From NCBI GenBank assembly GCA_050084985.1, contig JBITNC010000001.1:24304001-24368000 (forward strand): 64,000 nt of DNA, read 5' to 3'. The DNA comes from Nageia nagi (Eukaryota; Plantae; Pinophyta). The notes beneath the pieces were generated by a model. It saw nothing but the letters and a program-made list of their open reading frames with translations. It made no database searches and was not told the DNA's origin. The translations under genes and the position numbers were made by a program. Of this stretch, positions 14,422-27,199 are shown piece by piece (the stretch's first letter is position 1; each line of letters begins with the position of its first letter).

Positions 14422-15699
14422 ATGAAATAATGAATTCTATCATTAATTTGTAGTCTAAATATGATAATTTCAAGAAAAAGGTAGCATTTTTTTAAGATGC
14501 ACCTGGAGAATGCTCAAAAGCACTTAGTTGAGTCTACAAATCAAATGATGAAAATGGCAATTATGGAAAGAGATAATACCATTTTGAAGAAGATTATTAC
14601 ATAAAATAAATTAGATGTTAATGTATTTAAAATTATCAAAGTCAAACAAGATGATCCAACCTTCATACCCATAATTGAAGACTCAATAAGGAAGGAAAAT
14701 ATGTTATTGAAATAATTGGGAGTGGCTAATGAAGAGTTAAGGAAAGAGGGAGTGTTTGAAGAAGATGTTAGTGTTGTTGTTACAAGTGATTCTTCTTCTT
14801 CTTTTGTTAGTCTTGTTGGTGATAGTGGAGGTCTTATTGTTGGCGCTGGTGGTAATGAAATTGTTGCTACTAGTGGTCCTATAACTCTTGTGACTCCTAT
14901 TGGTCATGATGATCATGGTGATGTAGTTAGTATTCATATTAGTATTTTTGGTTTTGTTGTGGTTCTATTATTAATAAACCACCTAGTAGTGAGGATCAAA
15001 TTATTTTTAGTTATATTGTACTACTTTAGTGAATGTATTTTATTACTACTCTATTGTTAAAACAGTATTGGTAATATTATTTTTTGAAACTTAAACATGT
15101 TAATATTTTCTATATAGTTACATAGTAATATAAATAACTGATTTTGTTACAATTGGAAATTTTGTGCAATGCTAATTGTTGATTTTTTTAGTATTTGATA
15201 AATGGTGTGTAATGAAAATATTAATATTTTTGTATACAATTCTAGTGGTTGAATATTTTTGTATTTGATAAATTATGTACAATTCTAATGTTGATATTTT
15301 TGTATGCAATGTCAAAGGTTGAATTATGTGCAATACCAATGGTTGTAATCATAACAAAGTAAATAATAAATAAAATGGTTCTATATAAAATAATAATATC
15401 ACCAACACATCTATCACAACCATAAGATATCACTGCAAAGATATTAAAACCATAACATATCATTCCTAGTTCCAAAGATATCACAACCACGAATATCTTT
15501 CTACAAATCCTAAGCCATCAAAAAATATAATAGCATAAAATCTAATAACCTAAATTCAAAGTTGAAACTTAGCTCTATATATTTCAGCTTCCTCTTGAAT
15601 ATTTAGATTTTTAGAAGCATCCTTGATACTTTGAATCCTAGCTGGTGTGTCACTTTCATGCATATAGTGTTGAGTTGCACCCCTTTTGGGTGCAAGAAA

Positions 15700-17880
15700 T
15701 TACCATACTTTATGCTCTATCATAAGGGAAACTCTTTATTTTATACTTTGACACATATAATCTTAGGTAATTTTCTAAATTTTTATCTAATTTATTCTAA
15801 ATTTTTATCTAATTTATTCTATCATTTTGATTTGATAAAATGTAATGCACTGAAAACTCTCTCATCTACAATAGATCCAATTATTTTTGTAGCGCATAAC
15901 TCATATAACCAAAAGGACTCACTAATTGGTATCTCTAAAATAGTACTTTCATACAATTTCTTCCATAATTATGTAATTACATGAATTTCTTTTACGTTAC
16001 GTAAGGCTTTGAGTGCATGTTTCATTGAAGTGCTAAAATTGAATGATTGATCTATCAATTTCTTTCTGTCCAAAATACCCATAATCTTTACTCCATTAAC
16101 ATCAATCTCTTTACAAAAAAAAGCCATATGTTATGACATATTTTTTTAAATATTGTAGCTATTGCTTTATTATAAAGATGCTAGAAAAAGGGACTCACCA
16201 TTGATGTGGCATCAACAAGCTCCTTCTTACCAAATTTCTCTTTGATTTCTCATGTTAAAACCATTGAACTTATTTTTAAATCATTTTTTTATATTAATCA
16301 TCATGTCAAATGCTACACTTGTTATAGGCCCATATTTGGGTTGATTGAAAGGATAACCAAGTTGTTTGTAATAACCATGCATGGGAACCTCATAATTATG
16401 AACTTTTATACATAGCTCACCCACAATATTTAATTTCAAAATATTATTAGGATCTTTCAAATTGATGAGTTTATTCCATTTTTCAAATCTATCTCCCATA
16501 AAAATTTCAACACTTACTTGATAGGGGTTTTCTATTGTCAACAAGTGAATTTCCTTATTCTAACAAAGTCTCCAATATATAAATTGTTTTATAGAGCAAC
16601 TTTTATTAAGCAGTTAAGTTCATGCATCATGGGAAGAATCCTGACTAATGTAAGAAATATTTCAATATCTACTAATAAGAAGAGCAAATATTTAGCCTCT
16701 TCAACTTGACAATTTTCCCACATAAATCCCATGAGAGATTTATAGTCTTCTAATAATCTTGCAGTTGACTCAAATAAAGAGATTCATTTTGTATCAACAT
16801 CTTTTAGAAAAATTTTCCTCTCTATTTCACCAACTGCAATTTTTTAAAATTTTGAATTTCTCCTTCAGCTTTTAAAAAAATAAGCATATACATCATGAAC
16901 AAGTTCTTCCACTTTTACACAATCAAAAAAGGTTTTGACAATCTTATATCCAAGGTTCATTCTATGATCCATGCAATGAAACAATATCATGTATTGAGCA
17001 ATTGCTATTTGAAATTTTACATAAAGCTCAATCTTGTTACCTTGCATCACACTTACAACATAATATCCAATGCACACTAACTTTATAGCTATTTCATAGT
17101 CAATCATTCTTGCAATATTTGCTAAATTGCTATGAACCAAACTGAATAAATTAGCAACATTACAACTTCTAGTCATATTTTTTAAAGCAACTAGATGTGA
17201 TTTCATGCTACTATTTTCAAATGTATACACATGTATGCAAACACATGAAGTAATATCCTTGGCTATGACCTCATTAATTGATAAGGAGATAAATTGAGGA
17301 TGTTTAATTGACTCCTTTAACTCCTCTTTCTCAACAATCATAAATATTTTGTATTTTTTCATGCATTAGGCTCTGACCAATGTCAATGGGAGAAATGAGG
17401 CATCCCTATAAATTGTAAGTACTATTTATATGAAAGATAATATGAAATTGGTTTACCTATTTGTATAACTTTGAAAATAGTTGCAAATTGTACAATTTTA
17501 TCTAATACACTATTATGGATTACTTGCCCAAATAGTTGATTAAGTGTTCCACCTTTCTCATTAAGTGGTTTACTCTACATTTCATTCTCATACTCTTCTT
17601 CATATATTTTTTGAATGTAGTGTGTCTTGTAATTCCACCTAATAGTTGTCACACTTTTTCAATTGGGCTAAAGTACACTTTCATATACTTTCCCTTCATG
17701 TTTTTGGAGTGTATCCTTCTTAAATTGCAATGTAAGAACTTTTCTTGTTTTCCATGTACAAAATTTACATTTAACCTATGTTATTGTATCACCAAGTGTT
17801 GGTTGTATTGGTTCAACTAAGGAAAGTATGCACACCATTCTTTATGAAATGACCTATTCATAGTCCATTGGATTTTTTAT
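15700..17880 (-). pseudogene. hAT-superfamily transposase pseudogene (ZNF862-like type)
   Basis: N-terminal RSFHKEWCAYFP...VKCKFC (TTF-finger-like); ISLSINEVIAKDITSCVCIHVY (first catalytic D region); CIGYYVVSVMQG (GADGASVM.G-like); HCMDHRMNL (CxxH); C-terminal GSIVDERVFSALHFIKSK (hATC dimerisation-like); stops and frameshifts. Confidence 0.85.
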
Positions 17881-18045
17881 TTATTTGATGACCTTCAAGA
17901 TAATTTAATCCCACTCTTTGGTCATTTGGAGTTACTTCTTCATCATCATCGATGAGTATTAGAGTTTGAATTTCTATTTATTTTTATGTCTTAAGTCAAA
18001 TTAAAATAAGTTTGCAATATTTAAGAAAAATGCACAATAAAAATA

Positions 18046-18840
18046 AGATCTTAGAGCATCAATATTTATGGAAGTGGTTGGAATCAATGAGTTAGATCTT
18101 GATCATTAGAAGATGATTCCAACAGAGGCATTTCAATATCAATGAATTCCAGATTTTGATTTTTTATTTATTTTCATTTTAGGATCAATTAAAATATGAT
18201 CTAAAATAATAATTAAAATATGAAAAATATTTATAACAAAAACCTTAGAGCACAAATGCATCAAAAAATAACCTCAAATTTCTCGATAGAGTTGAGTTGA
18301 CTAAGATGGTAATTGTTCATCAGAATCAGATTCTAGTGAAGGCATTTCAGGATCAAAGGATACTAGATTTTGATTTTTTGCAATAAGAACAAAATGAACT
18401 TAGTTTAAAACTACAACAAAATGTATATAATAGAAACAAGATCTTATAGCACTAATGCATCCAAAGGTACCTTGAACTTGTTATCATATATGAATTCATC
18501 GAGCTGACACTTTGAAGTGGTCTTTCTTTCCAAAATGTGAGTGTATGAATTTCTTGTTCACATTGGTTATGTTTTACAAAGAATGTTCATTATTATTAGT
18601 ACTAGAATTGCTTGTTGAAACCATCTTAATTAATGCCAAATATTAATTACAATTAAACTTAGAGTTTGATTATTAGAAAGTAATTTTTGAAGATGTCTTT
18701 GATAAAAATTTAAATAAAAAAATACCTACAATTGTATGAATCGTTTATTCCATAATTGGATGATCCATTTATTTTTTGAACTTGACAACTTGTTTATTCC
18801 ATAATTGAAAGATTTGTTTACTTTTTTGAACCTAATAACT
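18046..18840. repeat. Degenerate ~200-bp repeats (x2.5) and a ~49-bp direct repeat upstream of the hAT gene
   Basis: CTTAGAGCA/CTTATAGCA at ~18050, 18244, 18443; AGGCATTTCA..ATCAA...AGATTTTGATTTTTT at ~18127 and ~18340; GTTTATTCCATAATTG at 18743 and 18792. Confidence 0.7.
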
Positions 18841-19959
18841 CTTTTACACTCTAAGGAATACAATAATGCCTCTTCTAAACCAATGAACCTTACAAATCAT
18901 CTCCTTTATTTTTGACTAGTCACTTATTCTAAAGATAAGAAATCACTATTCTAAAACTAATGAATCACTTTATGTATCAAAAAAATATATAATTTGCAAT
19001 GTGGTCTTCAATCTATGATTTGGAACTTTTGATGTTGATGTCACACTAATATATATATATATATATACCATGTACCAGGGGTGATTTAGTTGGTGGATCT
19101 AATATTTATTTATAATTTCAAAGCTAAAGTAGGTAAATATATTTAAAGGGCAAGTATAATTATTTCAAATATCTTACAGTACCTATATATGAATAAGCTA
19201 TATTATCTTCGATATCAATAAATACATTAAAGTATGGGCTACTAAAGACTAGGGCGAATCTCCATGAATTTGCAAAGTCAAAGTTATGAAATTATCTCCA
19301 TTTTTTATGCATCACCCTTATTTTTTTCTTTTCTAAGAAGAAGTTTCACAACTTATTACGAAGGTTTCGAACAATAATTGGGATCAATTGTAAAGATCTC
19401 CTATGATGATGACTACTTTCTATGATGGAGGAGAATATTCATCAGGCTCATCAATAAGATGATTAATTCCATCCTAAAAGTCATCCCAATGAAAGATAAA
19501 GATGATCTTATGGAGGAAAAAGTCAATGTGAGATAGGATATGCTAGAAAAGTGCAAGAACCCATTTTGAGAGGGCAAGCAATTGTATATGGATGACCATA
19601 TGTGATGGGTGGTTTTTGTGACTGACTTGTATGAGTTGTATGGTACCTATAGGAGGGATATAAGTGGAAAATAAGGCTTATAGAGAAGATATGTCTTTTT
19701 ATTTTTGGGCATATATATGTGATTTTCTTACATGGAATACTGTAGCTAGAAATAGTGTTACTAACTCTAAGTAATCATAGATAGACTAAGGACTGGATTG
19801 AGATGTAAATAACCTATAATTAGAATATTTGAATATGTTCATATAGGTTTTAGGGCCTTGTTATAAAAAAACTCATTTTTTTTATTTTATTGGTTAATAA
19901 ATTAACCCTTTTGAAAAAAAAAATTGAGAATAATAATGATATGGAAGTAATAAATGATG

Positions 19960-20525
19960 CCCTAGATAATAGATCAAATTTAGAACCTATGAGAGGGATC
20001 ATAAGAGAAATTCCTGACAAAATTTAGATATCAATAATGAAGACAGTGCAACAAATCAATGAAAATGTTATATGAAATGATAACACTACTTTCCTTGCAT
20101 ATTGATCCCTATCACCAAGATCCCCAACAATATATAGATGTGACAAGCCTAGTTTGGCATATAATACTAAAATATGAACAACAAATGCTCTTGTGATAAT
20201 AGATCCCAATCTTGATAAAGGGTGTCAAAAGACATCTTATATTTTTTAATAGTTGAGTGTGGCTATCAAGATATGAATCTAATAGTATTCTCATGTTACA
20301 TTACCTACTTTTATAGAAATAAGAACCATCATAATGCACACCTACAAGAGAGTGTTGATGTTAAGGTCTTTACACACAAACAAAGAAATATGATAAGAGC
20401 ACATAAGTTGGCTTAACTAATAATAATAATGAAAGAATATAATATTAAGATAGAAAACATCATTATTTAAATAATGTAACAATTAATTTAGAATATTAAG
20501 TATCAAAATTAAATATCAACAAATG
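19960..20525 (-). repeat. Dispersed repeat copy 2 (homolog of 6520-7135)
   Basis: Same blocks as copy 1; peptide AFVVHILVLYAKLGLSHLYIVGDLGDRDQYARKV aligns with NFGIHLLLLYDKLGLSYLCIARDIGCKE*YARRV in copy 1. Confidence 0.8.
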
Positions 20526-22141
20526 TCATAATTGAAATACTTTAACAAACTATGATATGTTATGGGATAAATACTAGTATATGAAGAGGATTGAGCATTT
20601 GAAAGGGCAAGAGAGAAGGAGACATGAGGATAGGGTTTTAGGAGGTGGAAAGGAGTTGGAGAAGTAATGAGGTGGCAAGGGAGAGGATGGTAGGCTTAAG
20701 CTAGGAGGGCATTAGTTGTTTGTAGCCAATATCCTTTTGAACCAAGTGTTTCGGTGTAATATCTCCATTTTTAGGTGTTTTCCCCATTTGACCTATGATA
20801 GATGGGAACATTAATTTAGGTGTGATTTTGTATAATTTGGTAGAAATTGGACAAAATGATGTAAATTCCACTTAGAGACTTAACAAAGTTCTAATTATGG
20901 AATATTTGGCCCTTTTATTTATTTATTTATTTATTTTGTATTTAGTTAAATACTAAAACCAATAATAATATATTTGTAATACTGAGGCAATTATATTTGT
21001 AAATGCAATATTATTCTTCTTAAAAGAGGCATTGCATATTTTAGCCTTCATGAATGTAATATTAGCATTTAATGTATCTTTAATCATTAGTGGTCCACCC
21101 TTTGAGGTAGAGCACCCCCTAGGTTATTACATCAACTATAAGGTCATTTGGAGCTCGAATGTTGGATATGGCATTTTGAACTAGGCTTTGGCAATCTTAA
21201 AGGAAGTGGATAACTCCCTAGTATGGATGTTGGGCATGTGAGCAGCCCAAGAGTCCATGTTGGTCCTACTTATTACTTGTACCTATGTATCTGATCCTAA
21301 CGCAATCCAACACTACCCCCTCTTGGATGTTGGCATTCTTGGCCCTTAGATGTGATTTCATCCATCCCAAATCTCCCTATTTTGGACATTGCAAGAATGA
21401 GAACATGGATCATACATCTCCACTACTATATCATCTCAATGCAAAATTAGAAGATGATCACTCTCACCTATAAAAGGTGTTATCTTAGTCATTATGAGAT
21501 TTATTGATTTTGATTATTAAACCCCTTTTTTTGAGTTCAGTGGAAGCTTTTATTTACCACTTGTAGGTAAACTTGTATTTGAGGTATTGAGGTGAGAGGA
21601 GGCTAACCTCAACTTATTCAAGCCATATTGAGAGGAATGTTGTTGGTTCCATCACAATTGCTACAATGGAAACTTGGTCTATGCCTCATTACTTCTAGGA
21701 TTGGTGAGGCCTTGAAGCCATCCAAGATAACCCTATTAGAGGAAGTATTGGTACAAGCTCCTTAGGTAAATCTAAATATTTATAATTGTGCCTTCACCAT
21801 TTTATTATCAATACAGTTACATTTTGTTATCAATATCTATCTATTTATCTCTCTATACTTAGATGTTGGGTTGTGGAGTAATTTTTTCATTGCTTAAAAT
21901 CTTAGTTTTCTTCTTAAATGTGATGTTAGATCTAGAGGTTTATTTTCATAGTATAAAACCTATTTTTGCTTCCTATTTGCAACATTGAGCATTTGAAAGT
22001 ATTTTATGCAATTCAAAATCATATTTTTCTTCTCTAGATAGATTTTAGATTTGTGTGAGAATTTTAAATTATCATTATTAAATTTACCAATAATAGCTAT
22101 ACATTGGAATACTTGAGTAATTTTGAACTTTTTTAGATAGT

Positions 22142-25100
22142 TATGATGAGCCATTCCAAGGATCACTCATCAAATGTGCCTTAGAGAGGGACATTTAGCT
22201 TTTAGCTTTCAAACTGGTCAAAATAAGCACCAAATATTTAATGACTTGCTAGAGATGACAAATTTAGCAATGATAATCCAAAATCTTCACATAAACCCAA
22301 TGCTTAGCTATGGATGGAAAATATGATTTTAACTTCTAGAAAATACCTTAAAATGCCTAATGTTACAACTAGGAAGAAAAAATAAGTTTTATACCACAAA
22401 AATATACTTCTAGATCCAACATCACACTTAGGGAGCAAAATGAGATTTTAAGCTATACAAAAACTACTCCATAATATAACATCCAAGCATAGCAAGATAA
22501 ATAACATGATTTAAATAATAGTATGTAATTGTATTGATAAAGCAATGGTAGAAGCATAAGTATATTATTTTTGGAAATCTAAGGAGTTTGTACTAGGACT
22601 ATCTCCAATAGGGTTATTTTGGATGGTTATAGGGCCTCATCGATCCCATGAGCAATGAGGAAAGACCAGGTCTCCTCTATAGTAATTATTATAGAATAAA
22701 TAATGTTCCTCTAAATATATCTAGATTAAGTTCAATGGTAGCTTCATATCCCCTTGATACCTCAAATGCAGGTTACCCTACAAGTGACAAAGATAGAGTC
22801 TCCACTCAATCCAAAATAAAGGGTTTAATAAAAAATTCTACATATCTCATAATGACTATGAGTTTTGGTTTTATAGGTGATTATGATCATCTTCTAATCT
22901 TGCATTGAGATGATTCATGGATATATGTGATCCATGTTCTCATGTATGCAACATCCAAGATAAGGAACCTTGGGATGATTGAAATCACATCTAAGGGCCA
23001 AGAATACCAACATATAAAAGGGGGTGATGTTGGAGTGCCTCGTGATCAATTCCATAGTTCCATGTACCTAGGAGGATCAATGCGGGATATTGGAATACTC
23101 TCATGCCCAACATCCATACTCAAGGACCATCTAGTTGCCTCAAGATTACCAACACCTAGTTCAAAGTGGCACATCCATCCTTGGAACTCCAAATGACCTT
23201 GTAGTCGATGCAATCACCTAGGGGAATTCTCTACCTCAAATAGGGGATAAATAATGACTAGATAATATTTAATGGTAATATTACAATTATCAAGGCTAAA
23301 ATATGTAATGCCTTATTTAGGGAGACTATGATTGCATTTACAAATGAAGTTTCCTTGGTATTACAATTATAATATTTATTGGTATTTTAGAAATTAACTA
23401 AATGAAAATAAATACATAAAGGGAAATTTTTTCCATAATTAGATCTTTATTAAGTCTCTAAGTCAAAATTTTAACATTTTGACCAAATTCTAGTAAAATA
23501 GATAAAAACACTCGTAAATTAATGTTTCCATTTATCAAAGGTGAAATGGAAAAAACACATATTTTATAGTAACTTAAAAAAAAGTGAAATGAAAGGAAAG
23601 AGTGTGCATTCAACATTATCTACATGAGAGAAGAATGGATGGGTTTTGACCCCTATTGGAAATTCTAAGAGAGTGGATGAAGATAAGCAACATTTAAGCA
23701 GTCTCATACCTACCATAAGCCAAGGAAATGGATCAACCTTGGGCAAAAAGGGAAGAAACCCTAGAGGAGTTAGAGTTGGAGTCCATATTGAGGTTTTAGG
23801 AGATATTTCTCTTGAACATGGCTCTGTAAAAATGTGAGGCCATTATCATAATGAGTGCAGCCCTAGTTGGATGAAAAAAATAATATATCTCATGCACCAT
23901 ACATATTGATGAAGATGACTACACGATAAATTTTAATAGATATATGGAATGCACTCTCATTTGTAAAATTTGAGGATGAAGGCTGAGCCTTGCTGAGCTA
24001 GAAGGTTTCATTTATCATACATGGGTAGATGCATTCTTTTTAACATTACTTTCCAATGGTTATTTTTAAGTATCCTTTAGGGATACTAAAAAATGAAACT
24101 TTGTTTGGGAGTAAAGGTTTAGTTGGTTTTATGGGAAAAGAGGAATTCTATTAAAGAATTGAGCTCTGAGTTTGATCCTCTTACCTAAAAAATAGAAGGC
24201 TTTCTAGTATGGATCAATTTATATGCTCTCTCGATTCAATTTTGGGGAGAGAAGATCTTTATCAAAATTAGAAGTGCTATAAGTAGGTTTTTGTACATGG
24301 ATGGGAAAATGAAGAGGAATGTTTCAAGTATATCTAATCTTAGCAAAGCAAGGTTGGTGGTATGTATGGATGCATCAAAATCATGACCTAAATATATAAA
24401 TATATCCTCCCACAGGGGCAACTAGTTCCAAAATATTGAATATGAAAATGTTGATCTATGGTGCTACAATTGCAATATAAAAGATCATTTGAAGAAACAT
24501 TTCCCTCATGATAGATCAAAATCAAAATCAAAAGTGTAGGTGTAAAAGAACTTAATTTTACATCATAGGTTTGATGGGTTAAATAAAATCAAGGAAAATA
24601 TAATAAAAAATAGCTCGCACACAAATGTGGGTGAGATTGATAATAATTTTTTTACATCAGATTGTTCCTTGGCTCCAAGTGATGAATATGAAGATGAATT
24701 TGTGGAGGATAATATGTTCCCTAAATTCAGCTCAAGGTCTTCCTCTAGGCCACCTCTCAGTATTTAGAGTAAACCTAGTGACCTTGACATTAAGCTGATC
24801 ATATGCAAAGCATAATCAAAGAATGAAATTACCAAAGCATCATCATCCAAATCATCTAAGAGCAATGAAAAGAAACCTTCTATAAGATCCTCTCATTCGA
24901 TAAAGATTATCCAAAATAACCCAAATGTAAAATACAAAGCTATAATAGAAGACTCTAAGGAAGTAACACACAACTATTACCTTTGAAGTTTTAAATTTAG
25001 CAATGCATTTTCAAATCTTGAGAAACTTTCATATGAATAACATTGATGAATATCATAGGTTGGTCAGGTCTTGTAGAATTAGATATGGGATGTTTAGTAG

Positions 25101-25249
25101 TTGTTAGTATTTTGAAACACTTGAAACATGTACTAAATATCTATTTTTTCTATAAGCATAAGTTTTAGGATCCTATTTTTCAAAACCAACTAATTTTTTA
25201 CCCTTATAGAAAAATAAATGGGAAAACACCTAAAAATGGGGATATTACA
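22142..25249 (-). mobile_element. Family-A 3' LTR, interrupted at 23559-25215
   Basis: Collinear with the solo LTR 10243-11737; terminal GGGGATATTACA at 25238-25249 followed by PPT complement CACCCTCCC. Confidence 0.85.
23559..25215 (+). mobile_element. Decayed ORF1-only LINE (L1-clade) derivative
   Basis: EFDP...FLVWINLYALSIQFWGEKIFIKIRSAISRFLYMD...ARLVVCMDASKS*P...QNIEYENVDLWCYNCNIKDHLKKH (DUF4283 + CX2CX4HX4C-type knuckle, last C lost); flanks AAATGGAAAAAACAC / AAATGGGAAAACAC; short A-rich tail. Confidence 0.75.
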
Positions 25250-26733
25250 AGTTCACCCTCCCATATTGCTTATCCCCAAGAAATTCAAAATATTCATAGT
25301 TGTAGCAAGGTCTTCTTAATCATCCTCTTTTTCTTTGTCATCATAGGTCTAAGGATCAATAAACTCTATGGATGTCCCTATTTGAATTTTTTAAAAAAAT
25401 GAGTATATTGATAAATATCTCTTTGGAGGTTCTTCCCATGTCTCTCTATTTGGTGAAGATGTAAATATGTTCCCAAGTTGCCTCTTCTAGTGGTAGACCT
25501 TTTCATTTAACATGTACCTCATCAACAACTTGATTCCTAAGTTTTTTTTATGAGCATCCAATACTTTCTTAGGAATTCACACTAAGTTTCCCTTGCTATT
25601 AATTGGGGATAATTTTATCAAAGGTTGGATATTGTTTCTAGCGAGTTTCTAAACATGATTCATGGAATACACTATTCATATTAATTTTAGGAGGTAACAA
25701 AAGCTCATAGTTATTCTTCCTTGTAATATTCAAGATTTTGAAGGGACCATAGTAGTACACTTTATGTTTTTTTGTCCTTCTTTGGTTGTTGGGAGATATC
25801 AATATTGTTGCATTCTAATGTATACATGCTCTCCTATTTTAAATTCTCTTCCCTTTTTGATGATGTAGAGTATCTTAATGATTCTTCTTGACCATTTCAT
25901 GTATGTTGATGTGTGGATACACTTGTTCTTCTATTTTCTTCCTCATTAGTATCAAGTGGTGAATTGGTGGATTGATTTGGCTCCTTATTACGATGACTTG
26001 AGGATTCCTTTATAGGTAGTTGGCATCTCCTCCACTTGGTACGAAGATGCTTCATGTTTATTTTTGGTAACCCTCTTATGTGCTAGCTCAAGTTGCTTTA
26101 TAGCTCCTTTTCTTTCAATTTCCATTCTAGTAATGACACCTCCCAAATACATCCTCTCACTAACCATGTTTAAGTATAATTTCTTAGTGCTACATAAAGC
26201 TTCCATCACTATTTGTAGGTCTAGATAAGAGAGTGTTCCCTCAAAATATTTTACTTTTTTAAGTAGCATAAGAGCATGGTTTAGCTGATTCATTCCTTCT
26301 CATTCATGTAGATGGATGATCATCAAATTATTGTCCCACTAGGTTGGGTCTATGTAACCCCATTTTGTTAAAATAAATAATTCCCATTCCTTTTTGGAGA
26401 AAAAGTTAGGGTATCAAAAGGTATCTATTTTGCTTTGGCTTGGTCAAATGTCTCCTAGGGTTTTTTTATTTGTTTTACCTTGTATTCTTATGATACCATC
26501 TCCATCAATTTTGCTTGCCTTATGATATCCAAAAATGTTATGAAATCTACTACCTTCTTATAGCTCTCAAATCTTTTATTGTACCTCTTTAGTTATTCAT
26601 CTAATTTCTTTGCCTTATCATTGATAATAACTCTTGTCTTTGGTGGCTCTTTCCTCATACTATAAATCATATGGGTGCATAAATCTAGCACCTTTTCTAT
26701 TTTCTGATCGGCTTCTTTACTCCAACTGGCCAT
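25250..26733 (-). pseudogene. Family-A internal ORF copy 1: unknown N-terminal domain + integrase C-terminus (GPF) + chromodomain
   Basis: ATG 26733 MASWSKEADQKIEKVLDLC...; GREFKIGEHVYIRMQQY...YYGPFKIL; EVHVK*KGLPLEEATWE; runs to the PPT; stops and frameshifts. Confidence 0.75.
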
Positions 26734-27199
26734 GGTTACTAAGGCTTATTACTCTTATTTAATTTTTTCTTGTGAAAAAAAAACACCTGGTAACCTCTAA
26801 ATATTTTGATCTTTCAAATAAAATTTTTTTGTTTCTTTATCCACTTATCACTCCTAAAAAATAAATGAAATATTTTTTCATTTCTCCTTATTTATCCTAT
26901 TAAAAAATAATTAAAATATTAAATACTCAAGTTATTCAAACCTAGAATTTTTATCCTATCATGATAGAATGAGCTAATCAAACCTCAAACTTGTGGGTTA
27001 TGGCCCCAAAGAACGAACTTAGAATTGGGGTGTGTCATCTTGAAGCTCAACATCCACACACACAAGTTGAATAATGCCAACTAATTCCAAATTTCAAAAT
27101 TTGTCCAAGGTTACCAATCATCCCACCTTCAAACGATGAATTTCTGGAAGCTCATAATAAATAAAACCTCTTATACACCCAATGGCTCAATTTAGAACT

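Larger units (their letters stand above)
10044..14950 (+). pseudogene. Spliced TE accessory pseudogene with a plant-mobile-domain (PMD)-like segment
   Basis: Open exon MDANIGKCQ...WISIT ending AG/GTAAG near 10197; next exon (~11840) has FMITKSNIH*LIGFPDDGEVI, like the PMD IT..D...LLGLP..G motif, and later KY*WCSHI; further acceptors/donors near 12660, 13318, 14108, 14452; many stops. Confidence 0.5.

Noticed and set aside
14716-15060. 114-aa ORF with hydrophobic C-terminus as a membrane-protein gene
   Set aside because: TTG start and GT-rich low complexity; at best the decayed last exon/3'UTR of the PMD-like pseudogene
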